Shown: positions 24,001 to 39,000 of the stretch, piece by piece
Layout of the letters: every line of letters starts with the position of its first letter
Numbering within the stretch: position 1 is the first letter of the stretch
NCBI RefSeq assembly: GCF_963921235.1
Contig: NC_086097.1
Span: 179,182,001 to 179,246,000, forward strand
Direction: 5' to 3'
Length of the DNA stretch: 64,000 nucleotides
From: Mobula hypostoma
Lineage: Eukaryota
Made by a program: the position numbers and the translations under genes
Notes under the pieces: generated by a model
Seen by the model: only the letters and a program-made list of their open reading frames with translations
What the model was told of the DNA's origin: nothing
Database searches by the model: none

Positions 24001-27000
24001 GAGCCAAGAAACCTCCCCAGCAACTCTACTTCCTCATAAGGCTAAGTTCAGCATGTCCCCAATTACCTGTACAGATGCATTATGGCTTGGTACGGCAAAT
24101 GCTCTGCCTCTGACTGCAAGAAACTATAATAATTTATTCCAGTTTTGATATACAAGTTTTTGTTTTAAGATCTATAAAAAAATTCTTAAAATATCTAAAA
24201 TTTTATTGATACAATTCTGAAAAGGGGAATTTGACCTCACAGGTGCTGCCTGATCTGAGTTGTACCAGCATTTGATTTTATTTCAGATTTCCAACATCTG
24301 CAGTTTCCAATTTTTACTTTTTGTTCTTTATGTCCCTGGTCTCTGAAAACCCCTCAATTGCATGACCAGTTCTGAGACATCATTGCTACTGAACAGCAGG
24401 AATTTCTTTGAACTCATGTGCAACAGCAAATAATGAAGAGAAAAAAAAAGAGAACCACAGGGGCTGATCATCTAAGAGCATGACCTTTGGGAAGAAAGTT
24501 CAGTGAAGTTGCTGCAAAATTTAGGCTAACAATATCCCATCCGAACCTTCAACGCATGGTCCAATATAATAGATCTGCTGTATCCTGAATTTTTTTTCCT
24601 TACACTTTCTGAGAATACTTTGCACCATTTTCCTTCAAGACAACTTAAACATAGTACATAGAACACAGGCCCTTTGCCCCATAATGTTGTACCTAACTAA
24701 TTAAACTAGCAATAAAATGCCTAACTAAACTAATTCCTTCTCACAACACAATACTCATACCCATCCATTCTCTGCACATTCATCTGTCTATCTAAAAGAC
24801 TCTTAAATGCCTCCATCACATTTGTCTCCACCACCACTCTTGGCAGCATCTTCCAGACACCCAACAGTCTCCATGTAAAAATCTTACCCCATACATCTTC
24901 TTTTAATGCACATCTTAAATGCACACCCTCTGAAATTAGACATTTTGCACCCTGGGTGCAAGATTCTGACTGTCTACGCTATCAATATCTTAGAAAACTT
25001 CTGTCAGATTGCCCCTCAGCTTTTGACGTTCCAGAGAAAACTACTCAACTTTGTCCAACCTCTCCTTATAGCATATGCCCTCTAATCAAGGCAGCATCAT
25101 GGTGAACCTCTTCTGCACCCTCCCCAAAGCCTCCACATCCTTGAGAACTAAATGAGATACTCCAAATGCAAATTAACCAGAGCTCCATAAAGCTGTAAAA
25201 TAGCGTTCTGATTCTTGAACTCAGTGCCTTGGCTAGTAAAGATAAGCATGCTGTACCTGTTTCAACATCACCACAGGAGCAAGGTGTGCTTGGAACGTAC
25301 TCCGTCGATCAGTAATTGGCTCCCCATGGGCCATCGGTGGAATTTCGGCATCTAAAAATTGACGAACCCAATGAATCACAGGTAAAACCATGTTGTATAT
25401 GAAACATTAATTCTAGATGCTTTTTAATTGGTACAAGAGATGCCCCACGGAACCAGAGCGTCCTTCTACAGAGTTAAAAGCTAACATGCCAATGCAGCAG
25501 ACAGGTATAAACCAACTAATAGAGCTGAAGAAACTCACTAAGATAAAGATTAGATTAGCTTTATTTGTCACATGTACATCAAGACATACAATGAAATATA
25601 CAGGTATCGCTTGCATCAACCAACACAGTCCAAGAATGTGCTGTGTACAGTCCACAAGTATCATCATGCTTCTAGCACCAGCATAGCATGCCGACAACTT
25701 ACGAGCCCTTATGTCTTTTGGAATATGGGAGGAAACCAGAGCACCTGGAGGAAATCCACATGGTCTCATGAAGAACGTACCAACTTCTTATAGACAGTGC
25801 GGAAAATGAACCCAGATCACCCGTGCTTTAAAGCATTACACTAATCACTATGCTAGCATGCTATCCAGAGTCGTACAGCACTGAAAACACTCTTTTGCGC
25901 ACTGCGTCCGTGCTGGCCTTTGTTGCCCATCTCCATTAAGCCCAATTATCTGCATTAGAACTATAAATTTCTATGTCTTGCCAATTTAAAATCTGCCTAA
26001 ATATCTCTCAAATGTGGTGACTGATTCCACCACTCTTCTGCCAATGAGCTCAGATATCAACCTCTCTCTGTATGAAAAAAAACTCTTCAAATGCCCTTTA
26101 AAACTGCTCCCCTCACATTAGATCTAGAATGGGTACATCAGGGAAACAGGCCAATCAGCCCAACTTGCCCATGCTAATCAGCAGGCACCCTTCCATATTA
26201 ACCCCATCACCCAGTACTAGCTCCATCACTCTCATTGTGCAAGCAAATCAAATACTCTTCCAAAGATGTGCTAATCTCTGTCAGTGACCCAGCTACAACC
26301 ACCCTCCAGAAGTGTATTCCATGTATTCACCACTCTGTATGAAGAAGGTCTCCCTCAAGATCCCCTGTGGACCTTCTCCCCCTTACCCTATCCCCTTAAT
26401 ATTGATACCTCTAGTATGACATTAAAGTAGGATTTGAGGATAAGAGTATGGGTGTATTACTACCATGCTTAATTGCATTGGCAGACTGCACCCGGGGCAT
26501 TGTTTACCATTCAGCTTCCTTACCCAAGGAAGCAACTTCTGTCCTTGCAGTACACAACTATGCAGCAAGTTAAACAACCTCTCAAAAATCACCCTAGATG
26601 GAAACTTTCCTCGGGTTTTTAATGAGATCTCTTACTTTGAAAGGATTTTGCTATTTCAAGGGCAAATAAAGAGTGGATATGTCTTTCAACCGAACACACA
26701 GGAGTTTAGTCATAGTCATAGTCATACTTTATTGATCCCAGGGGAAAGTGGTTTTCATTACAGTTGCACCATAAATAATAAATATTAATAGAAATAGTAA
26801 TAGTAATATTACTATTAGTAAATAGTAATAGTCATAGAAATAATAAATAGTAATAGAATAGTAATAGAAAATAGTAATAAATAGTAATAAGTAAATTATG
26901 CCAGTAAATTATGAAATAAGTCCAGGACCAGCCTATAGGCTCAGGGTGTCTGACCCTCCAAGGGAGGAGTTGTAAAGTTTGATGGCCACAGGCAGGAATG

Positions 27001-30000
27001 ACTTCCTATGACACTCTGTGCTGCATCTCGGAGGAATGAGTCTCTGGCTGAATGTACTCCTGTGCCCACCCAGTACATTATGTAGTGGATGGGAGACATT
27101 GACCAAGATGGCATGCAACTTAGACAGCATCCTCTTTTCAGACACCACCGTCAGAGAGTCCAGTTCAATCCCCACAACATCACTGGCCTTACGAATGAGT
27201 TTGTTGATTTTATTGGTGTCTGCTACCCTCAGCCTGCTGCCCCAGCACACAACAGCAAACATGATAGCACTGGCCACCACAGACTTGTAGAACATCCTCA
27301 GCATCGTCCGGCAGATGTTAAAGGACCTCAGTCTCCTCAAGAAATAGAGATGGCTCTGACCCTTCTTGTAGACAGCCTCAGTGTTCTTTAACCAGTCCAG
27401 TTTATTGTCAATTTAATGTTTGCACATTGGGTTTCCCCCAGGTGCTCCAGATTCCTCCCATGTTCCAAACAAGTTTCACTGGGTGTTTCAATGTACGTGT
27501 GGCAAGTAAACTAGTATCTCTCTTACTTGCTGTAGAGGGGTTGAAGATTCACCGGACTATTGGATACAGAGGGACTCTCCCGTGAGGAGTGATTGAATGG
27601 ACTGGACTCGTCATCTCTATGAGAGCAATGGAGGGTAACAGGAATCATGCAAGCTACAGTAACAGGCAGGCTCAGATCATGGTGGAATATGGAAAAAAAA
27701 GATTAAATTGGTAACATACACAAAATGCTGGAGGAACTCAGTGGGTCAGGCAGCATCTACGGAGGGAAATGAACAGTTGATGTTCCCAGTCAGACCCTTC
27801 ATCAGGACAATTGGCGAACTGGATTAGTATTATCACATGTACCAACATAGTGAAAACTTTGTTTTGCATGCCATCCACACAGATCATTTCACTACAACAG
27901 TGCATCCATATAGTACAGGGGAAAAGCAATAACAGAATGCAGAATAAAGTGTCACAATTACAGAGTAAGTGCAGTGCAGGTAGACAATAAGATGCAGGAG
28001 CCACGAAGAAGTACTTTGCAAGGTCAAGAGTCCATCATATTGTAGAAGAGTTATGTTCAATATTCTTATATTGAACGGGATAGCAACTGCCCTAAGATTA
28101 GCAGCTTGAAGCAGAAGCTTAACCCAAGCAGGAGTCAATGGCATTCAACAAGCACCGCAGTGATGCCTGAAAGGCACTCAGTGCCCATTGAGATATGGAT
28201 TTTAGAAAAAAGTGAAATCTGTAGTGAGGGAGAAAGGTATTCAACATATTGCCTTAGTGGGGCAGAACATGGCTCAGGGTTTCAATACCAGCTGATCTCC
28301 ATATCGCTCCAGCACTCCACTCCTTCAAGCCACTATTTAACCCTGCTCTCTGATCAACCTGTCTCTGCACCTGCTCAGCGTCTGTTCATTTCTCAGGGTA
28401 AATGTATCAGAACAGTTCACTGCTATTACAAAATAAATGCAAGTTGTTGCCCCTCGATAATGGTGTCCCCAATCCCAACTTGTTCAGAAGCAGAACTGTG
28501 TCCAACACTCACCATCCAAGCTTTCGCTGATGTTCCCCTTCAGTACAACTTGCTGAGAAGACGACTGGCATCCCCAGTGATCAGCCTCCTCTGTTTCCTT
28601 CTGTGTGCCTTGAGCTATTGCAGACAGATCACATTTAACTAGCACATACTGTAGCATGGCATTTAATAGCACAGTTTTGCAATGTTCTGTTAAACCTTAA
28701 TGTATATACAATACATTAAACAAAAGAGTCAGCCTGACTTATAACATTAACCTTACTCTTCATTTCAGATGCTGACCAACTTACTGGGTATTTTGAAAAT
28801 TGGTTTATTGTTATCATAAGAGTTCGATTCCCAGCAAGGTAGTCAAGGAGCTTACAGTTATAAATTTAAAGGAGGCTGAGTGGTGACCTTGGAGGTTTAT
28901 AAATTCTTATGCTATATGGATGTTTCTTTAAAAAACAGGGAGGAGAAATCTAAGTCAAGAGGGCAGAGGGGAAAGATTTAAAAGAGCAAGTTTTTCCACA
29001 GAGGGTGGTGGGTTTTGTGGAATGAGCTGCCAGAGAAAATGGTAGAGACAGGTACAATTACAAAGTTTATAAGGACAGGAACATGGATATGAAAGGTACA
29101 GACAGATATGGGCCAAATGCGGGCAATTGGAACTTGTTCAATACGCTTTCTCGGGATGAGAAGGTGGCCAAGGAGAAAAGATTGAGACTTGGCAGTGCTC
29201 CTAATTTTAGAAAAATAATCTCATTAAAATGTGAAGAAAATTCTTACAGTACTTGACGGGACGTTGAGTTGACATGTCTTCTGACTGGGGATCTGGAACC
29301 AAGGCTCACTGCCTCCAACTAAGGGGGAGAAGAAACTTCTTCATCCACAGAAAGATTATCCTTTGGATTGCTCTTCCTAAGAAGTTGTGGAGACCCGGTC
29401 ACTTGGAAAGAGAAGTCCAATATAAAATACAGATTGATAGCTCTGCTCAGTCATTTGGTATATATAATTCAGACATGGATAATTTTAGGTATTGATAGAA
29501 TGAAGGTATGAGGGGCTTAGTGCAGGAAGGGAACAACAAGATAAAAAAAAACTTTATTGATACTGAATGGAGGAGAGAAAACCAAGAGGTAACTGGCTTA
29601 TTCATGTTTCTACTTGGAGTCAGAGCAATGCAGCATGGATATCAGCCTTTCAGCCCAATTAGTCAATGCCGACCACCGTGCCCACCCAATTAGTCCAAAT
29701 TTCTGGCGTTCAGCCCACACCCCTCCAGGGCCTGCACTCCGTATGCTTTTCGAAATGTTGCTTAAATGACATGACAGTACCTGCCTCAAACACTTCCATT
29801 GGCAGCTTGTTCTATACACTTATCACTCGCTGTATGAAAAAGTTGTCTCTCAGGTCCCTCATAAATCTTTCGCCTCTCACCCAAAATCTGTGCCCCCTAG
29901 ATTTGGACTCCCCTACCCTGGGGAGAAGATTGTTACCATCCACTTTACTTATACCTCTCACAACTTTAAGCATTTCTATACGGCCACCCCTCATTCTCCT

Positions 30001-33000
30001 ACATTCCAAGGAACATATCACATGTCTCAAGTTGGTACAACTTAGGCCGAGGATAGAATTATACAAGGGGAGCTGATGTTTACACAGAGTTGGTTTGGAG
30101 AATTACGAACTTTTTGGTCCAAGTGTTTGAGAATATTATTTTTCAATAACTCTACATTCCCGCTCCTTAAGTGAAAGAGATCCCGAGTGAATCATGTGAC
30201 ATTAACCACAATCCGGAGGCTTGAACAGAATGTTGGGAGGCACAGCACAACTTCACGCCAGCAGCTAGCAAATTAAACTTAACTTATTAAATAAATCTAA
30301 ACTGAAATGATGGAATCAGCAGCAGTGAACATTAAATCAGGAGACTGTCGTGAAGGGAGCATCTAGTTCATCAACGCTAGTCCCACCTGCCCATGTTTGG
30401 AACATAGCCCTCTTACCTAGATGGTTTTTAAATGTTGAGAATGCGCCTGCCTCAACCACTTTTTCTGGCAGCTTAATCCAAACAGACAACATTCTCTGCG
30501 TGAAGAAGCATTTTACATCTCCCTCTGATCTCAAGCCTTGCTTTTAGCACACTCTCACTAGGAAAAAGACTTTGTACTTTCACCCTTTCTATGCCACTCT
30601 TGATCTTATATACAGTACCTGTTAGGTCACCACTCAGTCTCCTCCATTCCAGTGTACAAAGTTTGGAACTGGAATTGAAATTAGTTTATTATTGTTATAT
30701 GTACCGTTATATGTACCGGAATACAATGAAAAACTTGTCTTGCACACTGTTCACATAGATCAGATCATTAAAGTTCAAAGCAAATTTATCATCGAAGTAC
30801 CTACACTCTAGGTCTCCCTATAAAACCCTGAGAATTATTTTCCTGCGGGCATGCTCAGCAAACCTATAGAATAGTAACTATAACAGGATCAATGAGAGTT
30901 AAAGTGAGATCTTTGGCTGTGGGACTATCTCAATGGATGGGCTAAGTGAGTGTAGATAGCCCCTTTTGTCAAGAGTCTGATGGTTGAGGGCTAGTAGCTG
31001 TTCTCGAACATGGTGGTGTGAGTGAGAGCTGAGGCTCTTGTACCTCCTACCCAATGGCAGCAGCAAGAAAAGAGCATGGCCTGGTTGGTGGCAATATCTG
31101 ATGATGGATGCTGCTTTCCTCTGACAACATTTCACGTAGGAGTGCTCAATGGTTGGAAAGGTTTTACCCATCATTACACCGTACATCAAGGTAGAACAAA
31201 ATAAAGCAGTAATAATGCCAGATAAAGTGTAATAATGAAAGGGAAAGTGCAAGTAAACAATAAAGTGCAAGATCATAACAAGGTAGATTGTGAGGTCAGG
31301 AGTCCAACACTGTAATAGGGAACTAATAGTCTTACAATAGTGGGCAGATGTGCTAGTCTACGTTACTTCTCCTTATAAATTGGGCCCTAAAGTCAAGGCA
31401 ACATCCTGGTAAATCATTTCTGTATTCTTTCTGGCTTAGTAACGTCAACAGGGTGACCAAAACTGTACACAGTTGAGCAGAAAATACGAAAACATGAAGG
31501 CATGTACCACCATACTCATGTACCATCACACTCAATGACTCAACTCAGAATGCTATGTTGAAGTTGTATAAGACATTGAGGCCTAGTTTGGAGTATTATG
31601 TGCGGTTTTGGTCACCTACCTACAGGAAAGACTTAAATAAGATTGAAAGAGTACAGAGAAAATTTACAAGGATGTTGCTAAGACTGAAGGACTCGAGTTA
31701 TAAGGAAAGATTGAATAGTTTAGAATTTTATTCTCTAGAATGTAGAACATTGAGAGGAGACTTGATAGAGGTATACAAAATTATGAGAAGTATAGATAAG
31801 GTAAATGCAAGCAGGCTTTTTCCACTGAGGTCTGGGAGGGCTACAACCAGAGGTCATTGGTTATGGGTGAAAGGTGAATGTTTAAGGAGAACATGAGGGG
31901 AAACCTCTTCACTCAAAGGGTCACGAGAGTGTGGAACTAGCTGCCAGTGCAAGTAGTGGATATGACTTTGATTTCAACATTTAAGAGAAGGCTGGATAGA
32001 TATATGGACGGGAGGGATATGGAGGGCTATGGTCTGGGTGCAGATCAATGGGACTAGGTAGTTTAAATGGTTTGACAGGAACTAGATGGGCCAAAGGGTC
32101 TGTTTCTGTGCTCTAGTTTCCTACGACTCTAATAGCTTCAATACCACTGCTGCCAGAATCTTGAATGGATCTATTGTACATTAAAGATAAACTCTTGACT
32201 CCCAATCGATCTCATCAAGACCCTTGAACCATACTGTCTACCTGCATTGCACTTTTTTGGCAACAAGAACATTTTTTTCTGCATTCTGTCATTACTTTTC
32301 CCTTGTAACACCTCGATGAATGGATCTTTTGCAACAATGTGCATGGTCAGTTGACGTTTTGGGTTGAAACTATTCACCTGGAGTCTAGTCACATCAAGTC
32401 CAGATGAATTTGATCTGAAACATCAACTATCCATTTCCCTCCACAAATGCTGCCTGACCCATCGAATTCCTCCAGCATTTTGTTGCTCCAGATTCCAGCA
32501 TTTGTGGGCTCTCATGTCTCCAGTTGTAGACTGTATATATTTTCATTTCCTGCCCTTCCCCCAGTCTTTTTCCACTATCACCCACCAGCCTGCCTCTACA
32601 GATCTCTCCCTAAAGACTTCAGCTGCCCACTATCTCCTCCCACCACCTTCATCTGATTCCACCTCGCAGCCTCTTTCACACCCCTCCTTCTCTCTTTCAC
32701 ACAAGGGCTAGTTTTCTTTCCATACTCAATCCTGTCACAGATATTAGCCCTCTGCTTCCCCAGATGCTGTCTGACCTGCTGAATTATTCCATTAGATTTC
32801 TATGACAGACATCCAATTTCCCCCGGGATCAATAAAGTATGACTATGACTATGACTATCTGCCTGGGTATAAAATTAATTCCAACCTGACCCAAGCCAAA
32901 CACATTGCTCGGAACACAACAGACAGCACGCATTGGAATCTGAAGCAACAAACAGCCTGCTGGAGGAACTCAGCGGATCAAGCAGCTTCTGTGGAGAGGG

Positions 33001-36000
33001 GATACAAATGGACAGTTGATGGTTCATGTTAGTGGTGTTATGGATATTGTAAAAGTTTATCTTAGCTTACAATGTGACATTGATAGGATGAAGAGTTGGG
33101 CTGAGAAGTGGCAGATGGAGTTCAAGCTGAAAAAGTGTGAAGTGATACAGTTTGGAAGGTCAAACTTGAAGGCAGAGGACACGATTAATGGCAGGATTCT
33201 TAGTAGTGTGGAAGAACAGAGGGATCTTGGGGTCCAAGACCATTGATCTCTTAAAATCACTACACAAGATGATAGTGTGGGTTGAGAAGGTTCATGATGT
33301 GTTGGCCTTCATTAGTCAGGGGATTGAGTTCAAGGGTTGTGAGGTAATGTTGCAACTCTATAAAACTCTGTTTAGACCACACTGAACACAACATTAACTC
33401 TGGTTCGTACTGTGTTCAATTCTGGGCGCTTCATTATAGGAAGGATGAGGAAGTTTTGAAGAGTGCAAAGGAGATTTACATGATGCTGCCTTGATTAGAC
33501 AGCACGTCTTGAACATAGGTTGAGCGAGCTGGGGCTTTTCTGTATGGAGGAAAGGAGGATGAGAGGTGATTTAATAGAGGTGTATAAAATAAAAAACGTA
33601 GCTGGAGTGGACAGTCAGCACTGTTTTGCCAGGGTAGCAACAGCTAATACGAGATGGCATGGTGTAAGGTAATTGGAAGGAACTATGGGGGAGGGGGGAA
33701 ATGTCAGAGGTAGGGCTTTTTTTTAACATAAAGAATGGTAAGTGTGTGGAAAGCACTACCAGGGGTAGTGGAAGAGGCAGATATACTATGGACATTTAAG
33801 AAACTCCTAGATAGGCACATCGTTGAAAGAAAAAATGGAGGGCCATGTGAGAAGGAAGGGTTATATTGATCTTGGAGTACGTTAAAAGGTCAGCACAACA
33901 TTGTGGTATATACTGTGTTCTATGAGTAAAACACCTGCATAAAGATAACACCCAAAACTCCAAGCTGCTCACTAGTAGATAGGTCATAGACCCAGGTTTG
34001 ACCCTAACCTCTGGTGCTGTCTGTGCTGAGTTGGCATATTTTCCCCATGACTACATGTGTTTCCTCCCACATCCCAGAAAAGAGCAAGTTGTTAAGCTAA
34101 TTGGCCACTGCAAATTGCCCTCAGTGTTTTATGAGGAAAGTTAACAGGGGGTTTGGCATTTCTCTGTGAGCTGACACAGGTTAAGATACCAAATGGCCTC
34201 CTGTATTATGATAAAATAATGGAATTCAACAAACATTTTGATTTGCAAAAAACAGATGCTTTAAGTTTTCTAATATGTGGTTATATCTAGGTAGATATAA
34301 CTACATATTGCACCTCCAGGTAGATAAAATATGTGTTTGTATTAACCTGGACTTATAACTGCAGCATCAAAACAACAACATATCAGAATACATGAACTTT
34401 ACCTGCAGCATCTGACTGAGCTTTCACCTGTAGAAACTCCTGAATCTTTTGCACCCAAAGGAACAGAACACAGTCGCCTGAATTTTGCCTGAAACAGATT
34501 AACCAAATCAACAACACAGCCACTAGACCCGCCAGGAGTTCCAGTTTTCTCCCACATCCCGAAGAAGGGCAAGTCCATCCAAGAATACTGCAACACAGGG
34601 GGAACACCCCATGATTGTCAAGTCTCCATCCCTCTTGTAAAACGACCCCATTGGCCCCTGTCTGCTCCTTCAGCTCCGTCTCCCTACAATCCTCTTTCCA
34701 GTTACAGGCATCTATTGAATCTACAGCTGCTCAGTATCATGAACAAGTCCAAATCCCAACCACTCATGTCACACAAACTCTTATCAGGAGTTTAAGTCCC
34801 TCAAACCTACTCTGGCGTTCAATCCTAATTTGTAACAAAATTCAAAGTGTCAACATTTTAGTTTCAAAAGCAAATAGTGACGAACACTGCCTTCTTGAGG
34901 CACTCAGCTATTTTATACAAACGCAAAACATTCTAAGAACCATCAAGGAGGAAGCACAGGAACCTGAAGATCTTATTCAATGATTCAGGAACGGCTTCTT
35001 CCCCTCTGCCATTAGTTTTCCGAACAGTCCATGGACGCTTTAGCACTGCCTCATTATTCCTTCGATCTTGTACTATACATTTTGTAATTTATAGTAATTA
35101 TATGTCTTGCACTGCGCTGCTGCACAAAATAACACATTTCATGTCACGCAAGACAGTAATAAAAGTTAAAGGATTTCTATCCAAGTTTGCAGTGAGTAGT
35201 ACCAATCATATTTCCATGTTTTTTTATCAGTCTTAAAGTTTTATATATTCTGTGTCTTTTGCCCGATCATTCTTGTTTTTCTGTGTGTGGGGGAGGAGGA
35301 TTTGGGGGTTGATGTGCCTATTCCCTTTCTGTTAGTTTTTTGTGCAGGGAGGAGGGATTTGGGGGTTGATGTGCCTATTCCCTTTCTGTTAGTTTTTTGT
35401 GCAGGGAGGAGAATTTGGGGGTTGATGATTGTGCTGCCGTTCTTTGCTTTCTTGGTTTTGTTGGGATCTGGAGAAGAAGAATTTTAGACTTTTACTGTTG
35501 TATACTTTGATAATAACTGAACCTTTGAACCTTTTTATGGCCTATTCAAAGGTGAGCATAGGGGTAAATTTTTCCTTTCAAAGGGTGGTGCGTATATGGA
35601 ATAAGCTGGCAAAGGAAATGGTATAGCAGGGTACAATTACAATGTTTAAAAGACACTCAAGACAGGTACATGGATAAGAAATGTTTAAATATATATGAAC
35701 CAAACACAGGCCAATGAGACTACCTTAGTTGGCATTAGTCAAAGGGTCTGTTTTCCTGCTGTATGGCTGTCTGAGGAAGCAGCTTAGAGGAAGTGAAAGT
35801 GGGAGATTTCCTTCCATAAGGGACACTAGTGAACCTTTTGGGTATTTATAACCATCTACTAATTTCATGATCGCTATCACTGACACCAAAGTTTAAATTC
35901 CAGACTTATTTAAACATCGAATTTAAATTCCTCAGCACTGTGGAAAGTCTCAAACCCATGTTCTTGAATGAATGGAAACACAAGAGACTGCAGATGCTGA

Positions 36001-39000
36001 AATCTGGAGCAAAATTGAAAATGTTGGAGGAAATCCTAATGCAAAGTCTCGAACCTTTCCCCTGACCTTCACAGATGTTGCCTGACCTACTGAGTAACTC
36101 CACAAGCAACAAAGAACATTGAACCGCACAGCACAGTATAGGGCCAGTATAGGGGGAGTCAGAATATCTATGGCTGTGTGCCCAGAGACTCAAAATCTTT
36201 GGGCACAGAGCTCGAAAAAAGCAACATAACGGACTTTTAACATCGTAAACCAGTGAGTTGTTTGTTATGTCTCCCCTCTCGCTGTAAAACAGAGTCACCT
36301 TCTTCTCCCTTATTAGGGAAAGAGAGCCTGCGGTATGTCGAATACTGGGTGAAACACAAAGTCTTTGGGGTAACTGCAAGTCTGTGTCTTTGCTGCTGGT
36401 TTGCTCACGCGTGAGTGCTTGGTGGTGGGTGCCAATGCTTTTTTTTGCCAGTGGAGGGAGAGGGGATTGTTGCCTGCTGCCGCTTACACGGAGGAGGGAG
36501 GGGAGCTGGGGTTTGGGATTCTAACATTTAACTGTCGTTTATTCTCTGGGGCACTTCTCTGTTTTCGCGGATGGTTACGCAGAAAATGCATTTCAGGATG
36601 TATATTGTATACATTTCTCAGACATTAAATGTACCTTTGAAACTTTTGAAATGACGTATTTCACTTTGTGTTTTGATACATATGTGACTGATAAATCTGA
36701 ATCTCAAATTTTAAGTGGAGCCTCTGTTGATTTATCTTTTTTGTTCTTTGGATCAAAGGTCTACAACTCTGGCTGCCGATCCAGAAACCTTAACTACTTT
36801 ACTACAGTAAGCATTTTCAATTCATATAAGTTAATTAAAGAGAGCATTAATCTTAATTTGCATCATCTTTGAAATGCAACTGACTTACAGGTAGATTTCT
36901 TCCAGGTCGTTAGACAGATCTGCCCGCTCATGACCTCTCAGCCAAGGAGCACTGAAACCAAAGAGAAATAAACAAATAAAAGTGATATTGAGAGACAGAG
37001 GCAACGTGGATGGTTTCAGTCTTTTCCCCAGAGCAGTGGTATCAAAACCTAAGACACGTAGATTTAAGATGAGGGGGAGAGACTTAAAAGGGACCTGAAG
37101 GGCAGCTTTATCGCGCAGAGGGTGGTGGTGCAAGGAATGGGCTGGAAGAGTAGGGGAACTGGTTGAGGCATTTAAGCACCTGGAAAGATACAGGGAGGGT
37201 CGGGATTTAGAGAGGTACGGGCCAAACGGCCTGATTCAGAGTACATTGCTCTGTGACTTATATGGAAGTACAATAGCTTAAATTCTGTGGGCAGCAACAA
37301 AGAAATAGTGTTGATGATCTGAAAGAAAGATGCCCCAGGATCTGGCCGAGTCTGTGGTTTATGGCGTTCCTCTTGTCTTACTTCACCACTGTCACACATC
37401 ACTTCAGAGGCATCCTGACATCCAACAGCTATTTAATAAAGTTGGTAAAGCAACAAATCACTTTTCAGAATTCTCATAATTATTAATTACCTTCTCTAGA
37501 TAGAACTAGAAACAAGCCCTTCAGCCCACTATGTCTATACTAACCCCACTTGACAGCATTAATTCCAAATGTCTCAATTCCCTGCTCATTCAAGTATCTG
37601 TTAATATGCCAGTAAAATGTTGTTACTGTTCCTGCCTCCACCACCTCTGGCAGCTCATTCCAGATACCCTGTGAGAAATGTACCTTACATAGCTCCTATA
37701 AGCTGCTTCCCTCTCACCCTAAACCTATGCCCTCTGGTTTTAGACTCCCTGACCCTGGGAAACAAACACATGATTTTATAAACCTCTACCATGGTCATCC
37801 TTCAGCCTCCTTCACTCTGAGGAATACACACTCAAACTATCCGATCACTGCTGAATGCTCAAGCCCTCCAGTCCACGTGACACCCTTGTAGATCTGTTCT
37901 GCACCATCTCCGGCTGAATTACTAAAGTCTGATGGCCAGAAATACACATTATACTCCAATGCAGAGCACTATTTCAAAATGCTAAACAGATTACAATGCA
38001 TAAACACAAGAGATTCTGCAGATGCTGGAAATCTTAAGCAAAGCACACACATACAAATTCCAGAGGAACTTAGCAAGTCAGGCAGCATCTATGGTGGAGA
38101 GTAAACAGTCAACATTTCAGACCGAGATCAGGAGCCCGATGAAGGGTCTCGGCCCAAAACGTCGACTGCTTTGTTGGACCAAAGGGCTTGTTTCCATGCG
38201 GTATGACTCTATGGCTCCATGTAAATGTGGATGCAAGAAATCACTAGAATATCTGGGTAAATATCTAGAATTCCCAACAATTTGTCAATATCCCTTGCAT
38301 TCAGTAGTGAAACTATATATAACCCTGGATGAGGAAGGACAAGATTCGAATCTGTGGTGATATCAGGAATATTGCCCACCAGCACGGGGTTCCAAAATTG
38401 CTGCCGGGTTCGTGGATTAACAATGGTGAACATTGATAATTTCACCATCAATACCAGCAGAAACACTTGGCTGCTTACAAATTTCCAACAAGGTGGTCAA
38501 CTTCTTGGTTGGGGCAGGAACTGGAAAAGTAATTAAGGAGGGTTAATTCTACATGATAGAGCAGACACAACTGCAAACACCTAACAAGTTTAGTTAAGGT
38601 GGGTTAACACAAAGCATAGGAAGATACAATGCTTACTTTAACTGATAAACAGGTGGTGCTGCTGTTGGATATTCAGGAGGGAGCATCACCTGGAATACAA
38701 AGAGCATAAGCTGTTTATATATACATAAGATGTATATTGAACGCAGATTACCCTCCCCAAGTCACACACCAACCCAATTTCATAATACATCTTTGATTCT
38801 TTATCTCTACTGGGACACACTGCTGGAACTCCTTCACCAGTGGGAGCACCTTCACCGGAAGGGCTGCAGAGGCTCAAGAAAGCAGTTCACCCCCTCGTCC
38901 TTAAGGGGAAATTGGGGTCTGGCAATAAATGCATGCTTTGCCGAAAAATAAATAAAGCCAATGTTTTTGTGTTTAAGATCATCTCCATTATTTGCCTCAA

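Noticed and set aside
28106..28642. 178-aa plus-strand ORF
   Set aside because: Non-ATG start, no recognisable domain, and partly antisense to IMPACT exon 6.
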